Below, one piece after another: positions 55,430 to 58,729 of a stretch of DNA of 58,729 bases. Below the pieces are notes generated by a model, which worked only from the letters and a program-made list of their open reading frames with translations, made no database searches and was not told the origin of the DNA. This DNA is from a virus (lineage: Duplodnaviria; Caudoviricetes), in IMG/VR virus record IMGVR_UViG_3300045912_000522, positions 1-58,729 of that record; one strand, 5' to 3'. The translations under genes and the position numbers were made by a program. Within the stretch, counting starts at the first letter, position 1; each line of letters starts with the position of its first letter.

Positions 55430-55785
55430 GACCGGGCCGCCTCTTCGATGGCCTGCGTGACCGCGGCCTCGAACGCAGGAGCCACCTCCTCCACTGCCGG
55501 GCGCAGGAAGGGTCGCGCGGCCATTTTCACCGTGCCGAACTCCTGATAGAGCCCATACTCCTGGCCGACGACGACCTCCGATGTCAGCTCGTCCCGCGGG
55601 CGCGCCTGGATCGAGTTCTTGAGCGCGCCGGTGTCTACGGGTGCCCGCGTCTTCGCCCGCGCCTCCACGTCCTTCGCCGTCTTGCGGACGACGAGCGACA
55701 GGCGGCGGCGCACCTCGGCCGGCAGCGACGGCAGGCGGTCGAACTCCTTCGTCAGCTTGATCGTAACCGCCTCTTTCGCCATCAC
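55426..55785 (-). CDS. HK97 gp10-like neck protein
   Basis: APVDTGALKNSI, YQEFGT.KM.ARPFLRPA. Confidence 0.88.
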   Translation of the reverse strand: MMAKEAVTIKLTKEFDRLPSLPAEVRRRLSLVVRKTAKDVEARAKTRAPVDTGALKNSIQARPRDELTSEVVVGQEYGLYQEFGTVKMAARPFLRPAVEEVAPAFEAAVTQAIEEAARS

Positions 55786-56153
55786 TTCACCCGTCGCGCG
55801 GAGACCTTCATCACGAGCGACTGACTGCGCGCGTCGATATGGTCGATGACCTCATACGTCTGCCCATCAATCACGACGCGGTCGGTCGTCCGCACGTCGG
55901 AGCCCGCCGGGAAGAGGATCGTCCACCAGCTCGACGCCTTGTGCCCCGACGCCTCCTCGCGCCCCTGCGCCTCGCGGGCGCCCATCGGCAGCAACCGGCA
56001 CCTCACCGCCGTGCCGACATCGTAGCTCTCCGACTGGCCGCCCCGCCCGTCGCTCGTGCCCGTGCGGTGCTTCACGAGCCCGGTAGACGGCAGGTGCTCG
56101 TTGAAGCTCGCCCGCGCCTGGTCTATCTGCCACTGCGGGATCTCGGCGGACAC
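55782..56153 (-). CDS. Head closure (head-tail joining) protein
   Basis: SDGRGG, DVRTTDRVVIDGQTYEV. Confidence 0.75.
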   Translation of the reverse strand: MSAEIPQWQIDQARASFNEHLPSTGLVKHRTGTSDGRGGQSESYDVGTAVRCRLLPMGAREAQGREEASGHKASSWWTILFPAGSDVRTTDRVVIDGQTYEVIDHIDARSQSLVMKVSARRVK

Positions 56154-56164
56154 GGGTGCCTCCG

Positions 56165-56629
56165 TCAGAACTGGAGCAGACCATCGGCGTGCCAGACGAG
56201 CGTCACATCGCCACCGTTGGTCGGCGTGTCCGTGACGTCGAATTTGGCGATGACCCTCGAGTCGGCGTCGTTCGTGCCCTCGCGGATGAGCAGCGCCGCC
56301 CCGATGGTCGCGCCGGCACCCAGCGCCGTCCAGGTCACGTCGTTGGCGTCGAAGTAGGCCACGTCGTCGGTGAAGTCGGGCGCGATGGACTTCCCCGCGA
56401 GCGTCTTGCGGCCCGCACCGCCGAAGCCGCCAGTGTAACCGCTGACACTGATTTCGTGCGAAGCCGGGTCGTTGGCGGTGCCGTCGTCCACGAACTGGTC
56501 ATCGGCGTTGCCGACATAGGTGTCATCGACGAGCATCACCTTCAGCGTGTCCGACAGCAGGTTGATGGTCCCTGCCGCGTTGTGATTGGCGATGAGCTCC
56601 CGCGCCTTGGTGAAGAGGATGTTTGCCAC
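56165..56629 (-). CDS. Virion structural protein
   Basis: DTLKVML..GYTGG..FDANDVTW..TNGGD.T..W motif common in phage tail modules. Confidence 0.65.
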   Translation of the reverse strand: MANILFTKARELIANHNAAGTINLLSDTLKVMLVDDTYVGNADDQFVDDGTANDPASHEISVSGYTGGFGGAGRKTLAGKSIAPDFTDDVAYFDANDVTWTALGAGATIGAALLIREGTNDADSRVIAKFDVTDTPTNGGDVTLVWHADGLLQF

Positions 56630-56630
56630 G

Positions 56631-56777
56631 CTACTGCTCCTCTACCGGCTGCGGCTTCAGCAGTCGCTCCTGCGGCGGCGCAACCATGAGCGTTGCTGGG
56701 CGGACCTGCCACCCGCGCCGCAACTGCGACACCTCCGCCGGCTTCGTCTCCTTCGGCTGCTCGGGCTTCTGCTCCAC
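56631..56777 (-). CDS. 48-aa hypothetical protein
   Basis: Fills gap with 1-nt spacers at both ends. Confidence 0.4.
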   Translation of the reverse strand: MEQKPEQPKETKPAEVSQLRRGWQVRPATLMVAPPQERLLKPQPVEEQ

Positions 56778-56778
56778 G

Positions 56779-57213
56779 TTACCAGTCTCTCCTGTCGTCA
56801 CAGCAACAGTCGGGCGCGAACTCCTCGTCGTTGGCGTTCGAGAACACCCCAGTCGGGAGGTCGCGCTTCAGACTGCCCGGAAGCTCGGGGCTTTCGGTCA
56901 CGCGCCGCTTCCAGCGGTCGGCCTGGCGCAGGCACATCTCATACGCCTGGCTGCGCTTCAAGTCCTGGTCGGCGCTACGGATATCGAAGTCGGTAGCCAG
57001 CCGCGCCGCCTTCTGCTCCCAGCCCAGGGCGACGGCCGCGTTGATGTTCCAGGTCGGCTCCCACGCGGGGTCGGTCGGGGGACGCTTCGAGCTGTCCTGC
57101 CGCTTCGACATCTGAACCAGTTCGTCGATCTCCGCGTCGGAGAGCGTCGGCTGCCGATCGGCCTGCGTGAACCGGACGATCAGTTCTCGGACCTGGGCCT
57201 CGGTTTTCGCCAT
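56779..57213 (-). CDS. Head-tail adaptor
   Basis: LSDAEIDEL, AAV..WEQKAA, RSQ. Confidence 0.65.
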   Translation of the reverse strand: MAKTEAQVRELIVRFTQADRQPTLSDAEIDELVQMSKRQDSSKRPPTDPAWEPTWNINAAVALGWEQKAARLATDFDIRSADQDLKRSQAYEMCLRQADRWKRRVTESPELPGSLKRDLPTGVFSNANDEEFAPDCCCDDRRDW

Positions 57214-57223
57214 TCGGTTGCCC

Positions 57224-57931
57224 TTACTCGATCGCTCGCGTGATGTCGTCGCTCACAACGAGCAGCCCCTCCGCCAGGGTGAATACGCCGCTCGGCAGCA
57301 GCACCTGCACGTCGTAGCGCAGCCGCGAGATGGCCACCAGTTCTGTCGTGGCCTCGGCGGCTATCGTCACGGCGAGGTCGCCCGCTGCCGCGTCCGTCAC
57401 CGTGATGGCCGCGAGCGTCTCGTCCTCGGCCGGCGCGCTGTTCAGGACGAGGAGCCCGTCTGCTTCGGTCACCTGCAGGATGGCCTTCTCGTCGCCCACG
57501 AGGCTCGAACTCTTCGCCGTGAACCAGAGCTTCGTTCGCCCGGTCAGGTTGCCGAGCCCCGTGAACGCAACCGTGCCCGTATCACCCCGGCGGATAGTGC
57601 GATCGGTGTCCGGCGTGCTCTCCGCCTCAACGGTTACACTCGGAGCCACCTGACCCTGCAGGACGATCTCCGCGAGGCCGGCGGTGCCTTCCATCGTCCA
57701 CGTCGCGTCGAGCGCGTAATGGTCTCCGGGCAGCCAGCCCTGCCCCGCTGCCAGTGTGGCGGTGAGCAAATAGTGCCCGGTTCCGACATCCACTACTGTC
57801 ACTGTAGCGGCGGTCGCGATACCGTTCCGCCGGAGCGCGGCTGTGGGCAGCGCGTCGGCGTCTTTCGCTTCCTGGGTCGTGAGGGAGCGCGTCATGAGCA
57901 GCGCGCGGATGACTTCGCCGACAACGGGCAC
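57224..57931 (-). CDS. Virion protein with BppU-like C-terminal domain
   Basis: IRRGDT..F, LWFTAK, RYDVQV..G.L.V..DITR. Confidence 0.6.
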   Translation of the reverse strand: MPVVGEVIRALLMTRSLTTQEAKDADALPTAALRRNGIATAATVTVVDVGTGHYLLTATLAAGQGWLPGDHYALDATWTMEGTAGLAEIVLQGQVAPSVTVEAESTPDTDRTIRRGDTGTVAFTGLGNLTGRTKLWFTAKSSSLVGDEKAILQVTEADGLLVLNSAPAEDETLAAITVTDAAAGDLAVTIAAEATTELVAISRLRYDVQVLLPSGVFTLAEGLLVVSDDITRAIE

Positions 57932-57935
57932 AGGC

Positions 57936-58250
57936 CTACTCCAGCGGCTTCGTCATCGCTAGCCGGAGATTGTTCCGCACGGTCGCGTCCATCGCCGCTG
58001 CCAGCAACTGCGCCGCAGTGACGACGAGTGCGATGAAATCCGGCGTGAGGTGCTGGTTTGCCGTGCCATCCAGATCCGCCTGGGTGAACGCATTGGCGGC
58101 ACCGATGCTCAGTCCGTTCGTGAAGTAGAACTGGCTGAATTCATCACAGTCTCGGGCGATGTTGAGTAAGCGTTCCGCAAGCACCCCGCTGGCGGACGCG
58201 AAGTTCTGTTTCGTTCTGGTCAGGTCTTGAGCCACTTCAGTACTCCTCAT
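57936..58250 (-). CDS. Hypothetical protein
   Basis: ATGA-coupled to the fibre-like gene. Confidence 0.6.
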   Translation of the reverse strand: MRSTEVAQDLTRTKQNFASASGVLAERLLNIARDCDEFSQFYFTNGLSIGAANAFTQADLDGTANQHLTPDFIALVVTAAQLLAAAMDATVRNNLRLAMTKPLE

Positions 58251-58555
58251 GCGGCGAGCCCGAGATTAATCAGAGCAGTGCGAATGCTGTTCGCGAGAGT
58301 GATGACCGTGGCTTGATCAGTGGCTGCTGCGGCGACGGCCTGCCGGACAACCGCTGCGGCGCCCAAAAAGCCGACCTTGGGGTTAGTGCCGTCAGCCTCA
58401 CCGCGCATGATCTCGCGGTCACCGTTCCAGTCCGTCGCGTGCAGTCTGATACGCCCCTGGCGGGTCGCATCCGTGCTCACCGCAAAATCTCCCGCGACGA
58501 AAGCGACCTGCCGCCCGAATGTCGTCGAGGATTGCCGGTTCAGTGTGAGTTCGCC
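58247..58555 (-). CDS. 3' part of the fibre-like gene starting at 966
   Basis: Frame continuity through the terminal repeat; KVGFLGAAAVVRQ C-terminal motif. Confidence 0.75.
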   Translation of the reverse strand, partial: GELTLNRQSSTTFGRQVAFVAGDFAVSTDATRQGRIRLHATDWNGDREIMRGEADGTNPKVGFLGAAAVVRQAVAAAATDQATVITLANSIRTALINLGLAA

Positions 58556-58729
58556 CGAGGCATTCACCGTGAGCAGCGTGCCGCCAGCGTTGAAATCGTC
58601 AGTGCGGAACGGCACCTGGGTTTGGCCATTCGCCATTTTGATGAGAAGGCCGAGGTTGCCAGCGTTCAGTGTGTTGAGAGTGAGGGCCACCGTGGATATC
58701 ACGGCACCATTCAGAGCATGGTATCCGTT
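58556..58729. repeat. Terminal direct repeat, right copy
   Basis: Matches 1-174 with one mismatch. Confidence 0.95.

Noticed and set aside
1-58729. Genome-wide TAG reassignment
   Set aside because: Many intact genes (capsid, portal, helicase, xis) terminate at TAG, and no suppressor tRNA was seen.

Overview
A high-GC, apparently complete circular temperate tailed-phage (siphovirus-like) genome of about 58,555 bp. Bases 1-174 recur at 58556-58729 with one mismatch, and one virion gene crosses the junction. The minus strand carries the late modules: lysis, terminase, SPP1-like portal, MuF, scaffold, capsid, head-tail connectors, tail tube, a -1 frameshifted tail chaperone, tape measure and a GTA-like tail tip. 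The plus strand carries early and accessory genes: sigma factor, ParB-like pair, excisionase, PEP-CTERM protein, stand-alone GGDEF, helicase/DnaB-like/primase, and an intein-containing helicase plus methyltransferase pair. A tyrosine integrase with a putative attP and two tRNAs lies at 18.3-20 kb. Three tnpB-only IS200/IS605 elements (target TCAC) and one tnpB-less mini-element are inserted. The most unusual signals are: (i) a two-gene DpdA/TGT-like + QueF-like deazaguanine cassette with no preQ0 synthesis genes; (ii) a genome-wide GTT(G/C)AAC box, phased at 30-31 bp over sigma70 promoters, with no CI-type repressor but two ribbon-helix-helix candidates; (iii) three promoter-driven, highly structured non-coding RNA loci; (iv) a split central tail-tip protein, in-frame amber stops and apparent CTG/ATA start codons, alongside an initiator-like tRNA(CAT). 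All family assignments come from motif recognition by eye; no database searches were run.
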